Made by a program: the position numbers and the translations under genes
Shown: in pieces, positions 9,445 to 18,889 of the stretch
Numbering within the stretch: position 1 is the stretch's first letter
How the letters are laid out: the number at the start of each line of letters is the position of its first letter
NCBI GenBank assembly: GCA_903925275.1
Contig: CAIYES010000164.1
Span: 1-62,298 of the forward strand
Reading direction: 5' to 3'
Length of the DNA stretch: 62,298 nt
Source: an uncultured Bacteroidales bacterium
GTDB lineage: Bacteria > Bacteroidota > Bacteroidia > Bacteroidales > FEN-979
The notes under the pieces: generated by a model
The model's database searches: none
The model's input: only the letters and a program-made list of their open reading frames with translations
What the model was told of the DNA's origin: nothing

Positions 9445-10911
9445 ATGAAAAAATCATTCATTATAACCTTGTTGATCATCTTGTCCTGCTCATTGGCAAA
9501 TGCCCAAACAGCGGAAGATGCCTTACGTTTCTCGCGTGTTTTATACAGCGGTACGGCCAGGTTTAACGGACTGAGTGGAGCCTTTGGCGCGGTTGGCGCA
9601 GATTTTTCATCACTTGCCACAAACCCTGCAGGAATAGGTCTTTACAACGCGTCTGAAATGACCTTTACCATTGCTCCAACCGTCGGGAGCTCATCCACCA
9701 GCTATAATGGTTCGACCGCCAGCGATAACCGGATAAATTTCGGGATCGGGAATATCGGGTTTATTTTCAACATAAATCCCTATACGAAAAACAAAAGCGG
9801 TGTGCTGAGAAATGTCAATGTTGGTATTGGATTTAACCGGCAAAACGATTTCAACAACAGGGTCGTCATTCATGGAGTTAACATGAAGAATTCAATGATG
9901 CAAAGCTATGCCAACACTATGAATGAAAGGCAAATTGATACTGCGCAAGTTCAGGACAGCTATCCTTTCGACTTTGGCCTGGCCTATGGAACAAACCTGG
10001 TTTATTTTGATAAAACCACTAAACAATACTACTGTGATGCAGCCTACGGAGGTGTCATTCAGGATAAAACCATCGATACATACGGATCGATGAACGAACT
10101 TGATCTCTCCATTGGGGCAAATTTAAACGATCAGCTTTTTTTCGGGCTAACGTTCGGGGTTCCATCGATAAATTACTATGAAAACAGCATCTACAAGGAA
10201 TCCGATGTGAAAGATACCATTCCTAATTTTATCTCCCTCGATTACCGGTATAACCTTCATACACGCGGAACCGGCATCAATTTAAAGTTCGGACTGATCT
10301 ATAAACCGGCTGACTGGTTCAGGATCGGAGCCAGTATCCATACGCCAACATGGTATCCGAGCATGCGCGACCAGTGGTTTAGCAGCATGCAATCAACATT
10401 CGTTGACTCACTGGGCTGGAATTCTATCCAATATTCTCCAATCGGAACATATGATTACCGGCTAACCACACCTTTTCGTGCAATGGGGGGTCTTGCTTTT
10501 ATCATTGGACAATACGGGTTGGTTAGTGCCGATTACGAGTATGTGAATTATTCACAAGCACGGTTTAATTCAGTTGACGACAGTTACACTGATGTGAACA
10601 ACGAAATCAAGAACAGTTATAAATCCTGGGGTAACATCAGGGTAGGCACGGAATGGAGATTGTTTAATTTTCGCATCAGGGGTGGTTTTGCTTACTTCAG
10701 CAATCCATATCAATCGAAGATGAACAACAGTGAGCGATACCAGGTATCAGGGGGAGTTGGATACCGTGTAAAACATTTTTTTGCTGATTTAACCTATGTG
10801 TGGACTAAAATGGACCAGCAATACTATCTGTATGACCCGACGATGGTAAACCCAACTACTGTCACATACAATACGAATACACTATCTACGACGATCGGCT
10901 TCAGGTTTTAG
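9445..10911 (+). CDS. Outer-membrane beta-barrel protein (FadL/PorV-like N-terminal motif)
   Basis: Start taken at MKKSFIITLLIILSCSLANAQ; the ORF track's upstream extension runs through the low-complexity gene. It has a GTARFNGLSGAFGAVGADFSSLATNPAGIG motif, alternating beta-strand pattern, and a terminal aromatic (GFRF). Confidence 0.6.
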   Translation: MKKSFIITLLIILSCSLANAQTAEDALRFSRVLYSGTARFNGLSGAFGAVGADFSSLATNPAGIGLYNASEMTFTIAPTVGSSSTSYNGSTASDNRINFGIGNIGFIFNINPYTKNKSGVLRNVNVGIGFNRQNDFNNRVVIHGVNMKNSMMQSYANTMNERQIDTAQVQDSYPFDFGLAYGTNLVYFDKTTKQYYCDAAYGGVIQDKTIDTYGSMNELDLSIGANLNDQLFFGLTFGVPSINYYENSIYKESDVKDTIPNFISLDYRYNLHTRGTGINLKFGLIYKPADWFRIGASIHTPTWYPSMRDQWFSSMQSTFVDSLGWNSIQYSPIGTYDYRLTTPFRAMGGLAFIIGQYGLVSADYEYVNYSQARFNSVDDSYTDVNNEIKNSYKSWGNIRVGTEWRLFNFRIRGGFAYFSNPYQSKMNNSERYQVSGGVGYRVKHFFADLTYVWTKMDQQYYLYDPTMVNPTTVTYNTNTLSTTIGFRF

Positions 10912-12450
10912 ACACAATTTTTCAACCCTGATTAAACCAGCCTTTGCCTTTTGGTTCAGGCTGGTTTTATATTCCCGGGTATTGATTGATAAACAGTTAT
11001 GATAAGCGCTATCCGCTTTTACCCAGTCGCCGGTATTTTCATAAAGCAATCCCATCTGGTAGGCAGCACCTGCAGCAAAATAAAAGGGTTCCTTGCTGCC
11101 CTGTTTTATGGTTTGCCGGTAATATTCGAGTGCTTTGGTCAGATTACCTGTTTCATGATAAATCCTCCCCAACCGGTAATTGTATTCAATCATGTCCCGT
11201 TTTGATTTAACACTTGCTTTGATGCTATTGTACAGTAGTTCATTCAATGCCCGGCTATAGTACCCTCCATCAAACAACAACCGGGCACGAAGCAATATTA
11301 CATTGGGAAGTGTATTTTTTTCTGCCTCATTAACAGCTTGTTTATCTTCATCGATGTTTGAAACTCCCTTTGCCTGAACATGCCTCATGATTTGGTGAAA
11401 TTTGACGGTATCGCCCCTAAGCAAAGCAATCCAGCTTAATTTCTGGTAAGCAGAGCGTAAATAATTCTGCCCCTTGAAATTTTTAATGAATTTTTCAAAA
11501 TACCCGGAAGCGGTAAAATCCAATGTGTTGAGTCGAGCCATTCCTTCAAGATAGTCCAGATAATAAAATGGATACCGTTGTGAAAGCGATGTGCGTTCCT
11601 GCAAAAGAGCCAAAGCTTCATCATTTTGCCCGTTTTTCATCAGTACAGATGCATTTGCAAAGATCAGCAAAGGGCTTTTAAGGGATTGAATGTCATTGTG
11701 CTGATTATTTAACAGATTGAGCACCGGTAATGCATCCTTCTTATTCTTTTGCAGGTTTGCTGCCAGGAAAGCAAGGTAGAATAAAGCTTCAGGCTTATAG
11801 AGCAGCGCTATTTTATCTGATCCAGTATATTCCGCAACCTGTCGAATCTCCTTTATCCCTGTCTCCATTGATCCATCAAGACCCATCAGGTCAGCTACCC
11901 ATTTGTAATTCTCAGGGATGATGCCAACTATAACATGCACCATCCCAAGTCCAATCTTATTGACAACAAAAGAAGGGTATTTGGTTTCATTTGCCGAAAA
12001 TAGTGCATGTGCTTTTCGAATTTCAAAGGCTGCTGAAGTATAATCCCCAAACTTCAGTCTGGCAAATGCCCATTGAATGTGTACCTCTGCAAGACAAAAA
12101 TCATGATACGGTGTATCTTTCCAACCCTTTTCCAACCTGCTTATCCTGTCCGGTTTGTTCTCTTTAAGAAGGTGATAAACGTTGCGATCCTCTCCGATGA
12201 ACAGGGTCAAAAAATCAATATAATTTTCTAAATATAGCGGGATAAGGTTGGAAGGATCTGTCTCTTTTTCTATTTCAATAAGCCTGTGGGCTTCAGAAAA
12301 CTGCAGGGATAAAATTGCCTGGTATGTGCGTTGACAATTCTCATCGAAATTGAACTGTGCCTGCAGCCCTGGCATAAAAATCAGAAAGGCACCCAACATC
12401 AGAAAATATCTGATCAGGGGTGCCTTTCCCACTATATATTCAGTTGTCAT
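10882..12450 (-). CDS. TPR-repeat protein with signal peptide
   Basis: N-terminal hydrophobic signal (LMLGAFLIFMPGLQAQ) and multiple TPR-like A/Y/L-patterned repeats (ALEYYRQTIKQG, AAYQMGLLYENTGDW). The ATG at 12450 overlaps the TGA of the upstream gene by 1 nt. The 3' end overlaps the convergent gene by 30 bp. Confidence 0.7.
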   Translation of the reverse strand: MTTEYIVGKAPLIRYFLMLGAFLIFMPGLQAQFNFDENCQRTYQAILSLQFSEAHRLIEIEKETDPSNLIPLYLENYIDFLTLFIGEDRNVYHLLKENKPDRISRLEKGWKDTPYHDFCLAEVHIQWAFARLKFGDYTSAAFEIRKAHALFSANETKYPSFVVNKIGLGMVHVIVGIIPENYKWVADLMGLDGSMETGIKEIRQVAEYTGSDKIALLYKPEALFYLAFLAANLQKNKKDALPVLNLLNNQHNDIQSLKSPLLIFANASVLMKNGQNDEALALLQERTSLSQRYPFYYLDYLEGMARLNTLDFTASGYFEKFIKNFKGQNYLRSAYQKLSWIALLRGDTVKFHQIMRHVQAKGVSNIDEDKQAVNEAEKNTLPNVILLRARLLFDGGYYSRALNELLYNSIKASVKSKRDMIEYNYRLGRIYHETGNLTKALEYYRQTIKQGSKEPFYFAAGAAYQMGLLYENTGDWVKADSAYHNCLSINTREYKTSLNQKAKAGLIRVEKLCLKPEADRRR

Positions 12451-13367
12451 CAATGCACTGCACTCACGATACCATCATCTACCAAAATACGGCCACAATA
12501 TTCACAAACAATAATTTTTTTATGCATTCTGATGTCAAGTTGGTGTTGTGGAGGAATTTTATTGAAACATCCGCCGCATGCATCACGTTCAATCTGAACA
12601 ACTGCCAAACCATTGCGGGCAATTTTCCGGATACGGGTATAGGCCATAAGCAAACGATCTTCGATAAATTGCCGGTTCTCCTCGGAAATTGTTATCAAAT
12701 CATTTTCCTCTTTCTCGGTTTCTGCGATGATGTCATCCAATTCATTGCGCTTTATCTCAAGGTCATTTTTACGATCCTGTAAAACTTGCTGAAAACTTTC
12801 GATCTCCTCCTTTTTAAGTTCGAGTCCGGCCAGATACTCCTTAATTCTTTTTTCAGAAAGCTGAATTTCGAGGTTCTGGTATTCGATTTCCTTTGTCAAT
12901 GAATCGTATTCCCTGTTGTTGCGCACATTCATCTGCTGGTCTTCATATTTTTTAATCAGTACCAAAGCATCTCTGATTGCATTTTTTTTATCCGTAATGG
13001 ATTTGTCCATGACAAGTGTTTCCTGTATATAATTATCCACACGGGTTTCCAATCCGGCAATTTCATCTTCGAGATCCTGAACCTCCAATGGAAGTTCACC
13101 CCGGATGATTCTGATTTTATCAACCTGAGAATCAACTTGTTGAAGATTATACAATGCAATAAGTTTCTTTTCAATCGTAACTTCTCCTTTTTCATCAACG
13201 CCCTCTGATTTGGCTTTTATACCAGTCTTAACGATCGGTTTTTCTTCGGCCACTTCTTCAATTTTTGCAACATTTATTTTTGCAGGATCAGCCTCCTTTT
13301 TATCAGGTTTCCTGGCCAATTTTGAAGGTTTGGAAGTAGCGATTGGCTTGCTTATCATTTTTGCCAT
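12450..13367 (-). CDS. Zinc-ribbon/coiled-coil protein (COG1579 family, usual partner of Nif3)
   Basis: Long coiled coil followed by CGGCFNKIPPQ...VCEYCGRIL (C4 zinc ribbon). It has a lysine-rich N-terminal extension. It sits directly downstream of a Nif3-family gene, which is the conserved pairing. Confidence 0.75.
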   Translation of the reverse strand: MAKMISKPIATSKPSKLARKPDKKEADPAKINVAKIEEVAEEKPIVKTGIKAKSEGVDEKGEVTIEKKLIALYNLQQVDSQVDKIRIIRGELPLEVQDLEDEIAGLETRVDNYIQETLVMDKSITDKKNAIRDALVLIKKYEDQQMNVRNNREYDSLTKEIEYQNLEIQLSEKRIKEYLAGLELKKEEIESFQQVLQDRKNDLEIKRNELDDIIAETEKEENDLITISEENRQFIEDRLLMAYTRIRKIARNGLAVVQIERDACGGCFNKIPPQHQLDIRMHKKIIVCEYCGRILVDDGIVSAVH

Positions 13368-13377
13368 AAACACATTT

Positions 13378-14472
13378 TTAAAAATAATTAACCGGATTGG
13401 TATTTTCTTCTGAAATAAGGAATGCAAAGGTAGGAAATTTTTCGATAAGCGTAGTAAAAACCCATTCTTTTACCCATTGTTCACTTTCATAATGGCCAAT
13501 ATCAGCCAGGAGCATCTTTTTTTCCAAGCCAAAAAAATCATGATATTTCAGGTCGGCTGTAAGGTATGCTTCTGCCCCGGAACACAGTGCTTTCGCGATA
13601 AGAAAACTGCCGGAACCACTACACAGAGCAACTGTTTTAATTTTCGTTGAAAAAAAATCCGAATGCCTGATAACAGGGACTCCAAATGACTTTTTAACCA
13701 GCTCCAAAAATTGGGGCTGATCCAATGGTTGTTCCAAATCACCTATCAACCCGGCACCTGATTGAGCATTGGCATTTTTGAGTGGATAAATGTCATACGC
13801 AACCTCCTCGTAAGGATGGGCATCAATCAAGGCTTTCAATATCCTGTTTTCAAGATGACCGGGAAAGATGACCTCGATGCGGATTTCCTTTTCAACGTGC
13901 ACGCTGTTTTTCTCTCCGACATAAGGATTTGCAAGATCAGAGGCACGGAATGTTCCCTCGCCTTCAACATTGTAACTGCAATAACTATAGTTTCCAATAT
14001 GCCCGGCACCAGCTTCAAACATGGCATTTCTGACATTACCGGCATGGTCAACCGGACAAAAAGTAACCAATTTCGATAACAATCCAATTCCCGGACTGAG
14101 AATTTTATATTTTGAAATTCCGATTTTCGAAAAGAGATACGCATTAAGTCCATGCAGTGAGTTGTCCAGATTCGTATGAATTGCATACACTGCTATGTCA
14201 TTTTTTATTGCCAGTGTTATAATTGTCGTCTCCGGCTGACCGGGAGTCAGCTTTTTAAGTCCCCTGAAAATAAAGGGGTGGTGAGCAATAATAAGGTTGC
14301 AGTTTTTCCGGATGGCTTCCATCATAACCTCTTCGGTAAGGTCGAGGCACAGCAACGCTTTTTGAAATTCCCATTCCGGATTACCCGTCAAAAAACCACA
14401 ATTGTCATAATCTTCCTGAAAAGCAAGTGGGGAAACAGACTCCAGGTATTGTCCGATTTCAGCAATTTTCAT
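13378..14472 (-). CDS. Nif3-like dinuclear metal center protein (GTP cyclohydrolase 1 type 2 homolog)
   Basis: N-terminus LESVSPLAFQEDYDNCGFLTG, IIAHHPFIF and IAVYAIHTNLD metal-binding motifs, an inserted PII-like domain, and a C-terminal GHYESE. Confidence 0.88.
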   Translation of the reverse strand: MKIAEIGQYLESVSPLAFQEDYDNCGFLTGNPEWEFQKALLCLDLTEEVMMEAIRKNCNLIIAHHPFIFRGLKKLTPGQPETTIITLAIKNDIAVYAIHTNLDNSLHGLNAYLFSKIGISKYKILSPGIGLLSKLVTFCPVDHAGNVRNAMFEAGAGHIGNYSYCSYNVEGEGTFRASDLANPYVGEKNSVHVEKEIRIEVIFPGHLENRILKALIDAHPYEEVAYDIYPLKNANAQSGAGLIGDLEQPLDQPQFLELVKKSFGVPVIRHSDFFSTKIKTVALCSGSGSFLIAKALCSGAEAYLTADLKYHDFFGLEKKMLLADIGHYESEQWVKEWVFTTLIEKFPTFAFLISEENTNPVNYF

Positions 14473-14628
14473 TTTTCATTGTTTTTGCGAAATCAAAGGT
14501 ACACATTTTCAACGATGAAGATTCCGTAACCCTGTTCATAAAATGGTTAAAAGTATGCCAAGAATGATCTTGAGGCAATCATAAAAAGAGCAAATTTTGT
14601 AATCTGATTCTACATTAGCTGGGAGATT

Positions 14629-15024
14629 ATGAAAACACCCGTTGTCTTTGTTGTTGATACAAACCCGGTACATCGGAGTCTCATAAAATATTACCTGGGG
14701 CTCAGCAAGTTAATAAATGTACACACATTTCTATCCGTTGAAGAGTGTTTATACCGAATGAAAAAAAATCTCATTCCTGATTTTATCATTACGGATTATA
14801 ATCACAAGGATGGAACCGGGTTTGAATTTCTGCGCCATGTTAAAGAGATCTCACCTTCGATCAAAGTTATTTTTTTTGCCTCTTTTGATGATCCCGCAAT
14901 TGCCATAAAGCTGCATGATGCCGGCGCTGCAGATTATGTTCCGAAGTCAAACAAACCCGATATTGGTATTTCTGAATTAATACAAAATATCAGGTTTCTC
15001 GCAAGGGAAATAGCAATATCCTGA
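14629..15024 (+). CDS. Stand-alone response-regulator receiver domain protein
   Basis: 131 aa with a CheY-like pattern: VVFVVD near the N-terminus, FIITDYNHKDGTG (phospho-acceptor Asp region), and a conserved Lys in DYVPKS. There is no output domain. Confidence 0.72.
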   Translation: MKTPVVFVVDTNPVHRSLIKYYLGLSKLINVHTFLSVEECLYRMKKNLIPDFIITDYNHKDGTGFEFLRHVKEISPSIKVIFFASFDDPAIAIKLHDAGAADYVPKSNKPDIGISELIQNIRFLAREIAIS

Positions 15025-15126
15025 TTTATAGCATCAGGCACCTAAATATTTTCTGTTTTGTTAGGGTCATTTTTTTGCAAAAAATGTATTTGGGTGACTT
15101 TTTTTTATAATTTAGGTGCTTCAATT

Positions 15127-16182
15127 ATGACAAGAATCTTCCAGGTTATATTGTATCCCTTTGCTTTGTGCTATGGCTTGATCATGCAGATCAGGAATTG
15201 GCTGTTTGACCTGCATATATTGCCTTCCAGAAAATTCGACAACCCAGTAATTTCAATAGGGAACCTGACGTATGGCGGAACAGGAAAGACGCCCCATATT
15301 GAATATCTGATCAGACTTTTATCTCCAAAGATGGCTGTAGCAACCCTGAGCCGGGGATATGGCCGGAAAAGCAGCGGATTTATCATTGCCTCGAAGGAGT
15401 CGAATGTTAAATATATCGGCGATGAACCCTTACAATTTCTTAAGAAGTTCGAAAGCGTCAAAGTTGCGGTTGATGAAAAACGCAGCCGGGGCATAGCGTT
15501 ACTTCTTAAGAAATATCCCGAATTGGACGTGATACTTCTGGATGATGCTTTTCAGCATCGTTATGTACAACCCGGTCTGTCTATACTTTTAACGGATTAT
15601 CACAGGCTTTACCCTGCTGACTATATACTTCCAACGGGTACCCTGCGTGAGTTCAAATGCGGGGTGAAGCGGGCCGACATCATAGTAGTTACAAAAACAC
15701 CCAAAATTTTCTCTCCCATCACACGCCGACGAATTTTGCAGGATTTACGGCCAGGAAATCACCAGCGGGTATATTTTTCCTTTATAAAATACAATGAACC
15801 CATTGCAGTATATGATCCGCTGAACCTGTTGTTTCCGGCCAAAGTATCGAACATACTTCTCTTTACAGGTATTGCGAACGATTATCCTCTTCGGGAATAT
15901 CTTGAAAGGATGTGCAGGGAATTGATCGTTATTAAATTTGCTGATCATCATCCTTATTCCCTGAATGACATTGAAAAAATCATCAAAACTTTCCATGATC
16001 TGCCTACCCTGAAAAAAATTATAGTTACCACTGAAAAAGATGTGATGAGGTTAAAAACTCCCGGGTTAAGCACTAATCTGAAAAGTTTACCGTTATTTTA
16101 CGTTCCCATGGAGATCGATTTTCATGGAACAGATAAAGAAAATTTTGACAATGAGATTTTAAAATATGTTGCAAAAACTTAA
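15127..16182 (+). CDS. lpxK: Tetraacyldisaccharide 4'-kinase
   Basis: P-loop GNLTYGGTGKTP, TLSRGYGRK, and ILLDDAFQH motifs. Start taken at the ATG at 15127 (MTRIFQ). Confidence 0.88.
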   Translation: MTRIFQVILYPFALCYGLIMQIRNWLFDLHILPSRKFDNPVISIGNLTYGGTGKTPHIEYLIRLLSPKMAVATLSRGYGRKSSGFIIASKESNVKYIGDEPLQFLKKFESVKVAVDEKRSRGIALLLKKYPELDVILLDDAFQHRYVQPGLSILLTDYHRLYPADYILPTGTLREFKCGVKRADIIVVTKTPKIFSPITRRRILQDLRPGNHQRVYFSFIKYNEPIAVYDPLNLLFPAKVSNILLFTGIANDYPLREYLERMCRELIVIKFADHHPYSLNDIEKIIKTFHDLPTLKKIIVTTEKDVMRLKTPGLSTNLKSLPLFYVPMEIDFHGTDKENFDNEILKYVAKT

Positions 16183-16981
16183 AGAGACGATAGAATATCT
16201 TGAAAGCAGGATTTCTCTTAAACCCGAAATTGGAATTATTCTTGGAACCGGCTTAGGCGGGTTAGTCAATGAAATCGATATCCACCATACCATCCCGTAC
16301 GAATTTATCCCCAATTTCCCTGTTTCAACTGTTCAGGGACATCATGGACAATTAATTTTCGGGATCATGGGTGGGAAAGCGATTGTTGCGATGCAGGGAC
16401 GATTCCATTACTATGAAGGTTATACCATGCAGGAAATTACCTTCCCGGTGCGGGTAATGAAGTTTTTGGGTATTGAACTTCTGATCCTTTCAAATGCAAG
16501 TGGCGGGGTGAATCCTGATTTTGAAGTTGGTGACATCATGGTAATCAACGATCATATCAACCTCATGAAAGACAATCCGTTGATTGGAAAGAATGAAGAT
16601 GAGATCGGTGTGCGTTTTCCTGATATGAGCAATGCCTATGATCCTGCCCTTATAGAAAAGGCAAATAAAATTGCCATCAAACAAGGCATCAAGTTGCAAA
16701 ATGGCATTTATGCTGCCGTTTCCGGTCCAACCTATGAAACGCCTGCCGAATATCAATACATCCGTACGATCGGAGCAGATGCTGTTGGCATGTCTACTGT
16801 TCCTGAGGTAATTGCTGCACGGCACATGGGTTTGAAATGTTTTGCGGTTTCAATTATTTCAGATCTTGGGGTTCCCGGAAAAATTGTAGTGATATCGCAC
16901 AAACATGTTATCGACGCGGCCGCTGCCGTTGAACCTGTTATGACTGGCATCATTAAGGAGATGATTGCAAGTGAACTTTAA
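16166..16981 (+). CDS. Purine nucleoside phosphorylase (PNP/MTAP family 2, trimeric type)
   Basis: Motifs GIILGTGLGG, QGRFHYYEGY, GPTYETPAE, GADAVGMSTVPEV. It overlaps the lpxK end by 17 nt. Confidence 0.9.
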   Translation: MLQKLKETIEYLESRISLKPEIGIILGTGLGGLVNEIDIHHTIPYEFIPNFPVSTVQGHHGQLIFGIMGGKAIVAMQGRFHYYEGYTMQEITFPVRVMKFLGIELLILSNASGGVNPDFEVGDIMVINDHINLMKDNPLIGKNEDEIGVRFPDMSNAYDPALIEKANKIAIKQGIKLQNGIYAAVSGPTYETPAEYQYIRTIGADAVGMSTVPEVIAARHMGLKCFAVSIISDLGVPGKIVVISHKHVIDAAAAVEPVMTGIIKEMIASEL

Positions 16982-17466
16982 TTTACGGAAATATCCAGGA
17001 CTTTAATTTTCCAGCGATAACCGATTTTACAGCGTTTCTGACTGAGGGAAAGGCATATCAATCCACCACCTAACATCGAACCCGATATAATAAACAAATC
17101 GGGACTAAATACCGGCTCATTGTTAAGCAGGTGATTGATTACGATGATGGTAAAAATACCCGCACTGCCATAAACTAAATATTTCCCGATTTTTTTGGGG
17201 AAGTAAAATCGTTTATACACTGATCCGATTTCGGTCAGGCGAACATCGAACGGCCGCAATTCTTCAACAGAGATCACACTATCCCTTATTGACCATAACT
17301 TGCCCTTTAACAGTGTGTCTTGTTTTGAAACCCTGAGTTTGAGATAATCACCCGTATGGTAGAAATATCTTGTTGACCTACCCATTTTTTCGATGAGCAG
17401 CGTTTTTTGCGGAAAAGCGGAGACTGCCAGGATAAACAAAACAAGGAGAAGAAGAAGTCTTTTCAT
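16978..17466 (-). CDS. Hypothetical membrane protein
   Basis: Signal peptide MKRLLLLLVLFILAVSAFPQ and two C-terminal TM helices. No family recognised. Confidence 0.45.
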   Translation of the reverse strand: MKRLLLLLVLFILAVSAFPQKTLLIEKMGRSTRYFYHTGDYLKLRVSKQDTLLKGKLWSIRDSVISVEELRPFDVRLTEIGSVYKRFYFPKKIGKYLVYGSAGIFTIIVINHLLNNEPVFSPDLFIISGSMLGGGLICLSLSQKRCKIGYRWKIKVLDISVN

Positions 17467-17524
17467 CTTGATAAGAAACAGTAAATGTAATAAAAATTGG
17501 TAATTGCTTACCTTTGTGGTCTGA

Positions 17525-18826
17525 ATGAAAAAAAAAACAACTTTCTTTTTTTTTCTCCTTATTTTCATCCAATGCAGTCATGACGACAAGAGAACTTTGT
17601 CGGTACTACCTGGCATCGGACTAACATCAGCTATGCCTGGAAATCGTGACTCAACAGGGGAAAAAGTGCATTTCCCCGGGTCAGCAGATTCTTCAGGAAC
17701 AAAAATCAGTTCAGCAAACCGTCAGGGAAAAAGAAAAAAAACGCCAACTATCCATGATGGCGAAAAGTCCAGTGACATATTCAGAAGGAATAATGATTCA
17801 ATATTTATCGACCGGTTAAATTTCCTCAGATCAAACAGAATCGACCTTGATCTCAATGAACCGGTCAGTAAAAATTTCCTTTTTCCCCCCATCGAAACTC
17901 AAAAATCACCATCAATGATCACCCTGAGCAGTGAATCATTTTTATCAATTCACTTCGACAATGATATTATAGACTACACAGACCGTTTTTATACAAATGG
18001 TATAAAAATTGACCTCATCACTCCGAGTCTGGCCATGAATCCGGTGCGCTGGATGATGATCCCTTACTGGAGTTCCGGAAAGAATTATTACGGACTTACC
18101 GTAGTTCAGAACATGTACACCCCTTCGACCACAAAAAGAGGGGGGATTTTATATGGTGATCGTCCATATGCAGCCTACCTGTATCTTGGAAGTTTCAAAA
18201 TCACCCTTGATCCTGATCATAACTACCGGCAAACCAGTGAACTTGATATTGGAATCATCGGGCCAAAATCGTATGGTGAATGGGTCCAGCGTTCGTTTCA
18301 CAACGCTGTTCCTACCAACAATGAACCTCTTGGATGGGAATATCAGATACAAAATGATCTGGTTTTGAATTATTCAATAAAAGCGGAGAAGGGCATCTGG
18401 GGCAGGAAAAATATTGATTTGCTGCTCTCTTCTTCCGGGGAGATTGGAACATTGTATACCAATCTGAGCGGAGGTTTTCAATTCAGAACAGGATGGTTGA
18501 ACCCCTACTTCAGCAATATCGGCGTTGCAAAAAAGAGGACGCTGCAAAATGCCGGTTTAAGAAAATTCCAATTTATTTTCTTTATCAAAGGATCAGGGAA
18601 GCTTGTGGGGTATGATGCGACACTGGAAGGAGGTCTGTTTAACAAATCCAGTGCTTATACATTGCCTGCCAGCACGATTTCAAGGGTGGTAATGCAGAGC
18701 AGCGGTGGAATATCTGTTTCTTACAATGGGTTTCGAGTTGACCTCGAACAATTTGTACTGAGTCCTGATTTTCATAATGGCTGGTGGCATAAATGGGGTC
18801 ATTTGTCACTGGTTTTTTGCCTTTAG
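17525..18826 (+). CDS. Putative lipid A deacylase LpxR family (DUF2219) protein with an N-terminal low-complexity extension
   Basis: The block HFDNDIIDYTDRFYTNGIKIDL resembles the conserved DUF2219/LpxR N-terminal motif. The C-terminal ~320 aa are beta-rich. The first ~110 aa are a signal peptide plus a S/G/K-rich region. Confidence 0.55.
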   Translation: MKKKTTFFFFLLIFIQCSHDDKRTLSVLPGIGLTSAMPGNRDSTGEKVHFPGSADSSGTKISSANRQGKRKKTPTIHDGEKSSDIFRRNNDSIFIDRLNFLRSNRIDLDLNEPVSKNFLFPPIETQKSPSMITLSSESFLSIHFDNDIIDYTDRFYTNGIKIDLITPSLAMNPVRWMMIPYWSSGKNYYGLTVVQNMYTPSTTKRGGILYGDRPYAAYLYLGSFKITLDPDHNYRQTSELDIGIIGPKSYGEWVQRSFHNAVPTNNEPLGWEYQIQNDLVLNYSIKAEKGIWGRKNIDLLLSSSGEIGTLYTNLSGGFQFRTGWLNPYFSNIGVAKKRTLQNAGLRKFQFIFFIKGSGKLVGYDATLEGGLFNKSSAYTLPASTISRVVMQSSGGISVSYNGFRVDLEQFVLSPDFHNGWWHKWGHLSLVFCL

Positions 18827-18840
18827 TTGTTAATAAATAA

Positions 18841-18885
18841 AATCCGGCCAGGGAGACAAACTTTGCCGGATTAACTCTATTTTTG
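18841..18885 (+). terminator. Hairpin plus T tract after the LpxR-like gene (weak terminator); overlaps a TAttTTTG box
   Basis: aatccggc (18841-18848) pairs with gccggatt (18864-18871). The T run at 18880-18884 comes only after an 8-nt gap. TATTTTTG at 18878-18885 lies 4 nt before the dnaB ATG. Confidence 0.35.
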
Positions 18886-18889
18886 GCGC

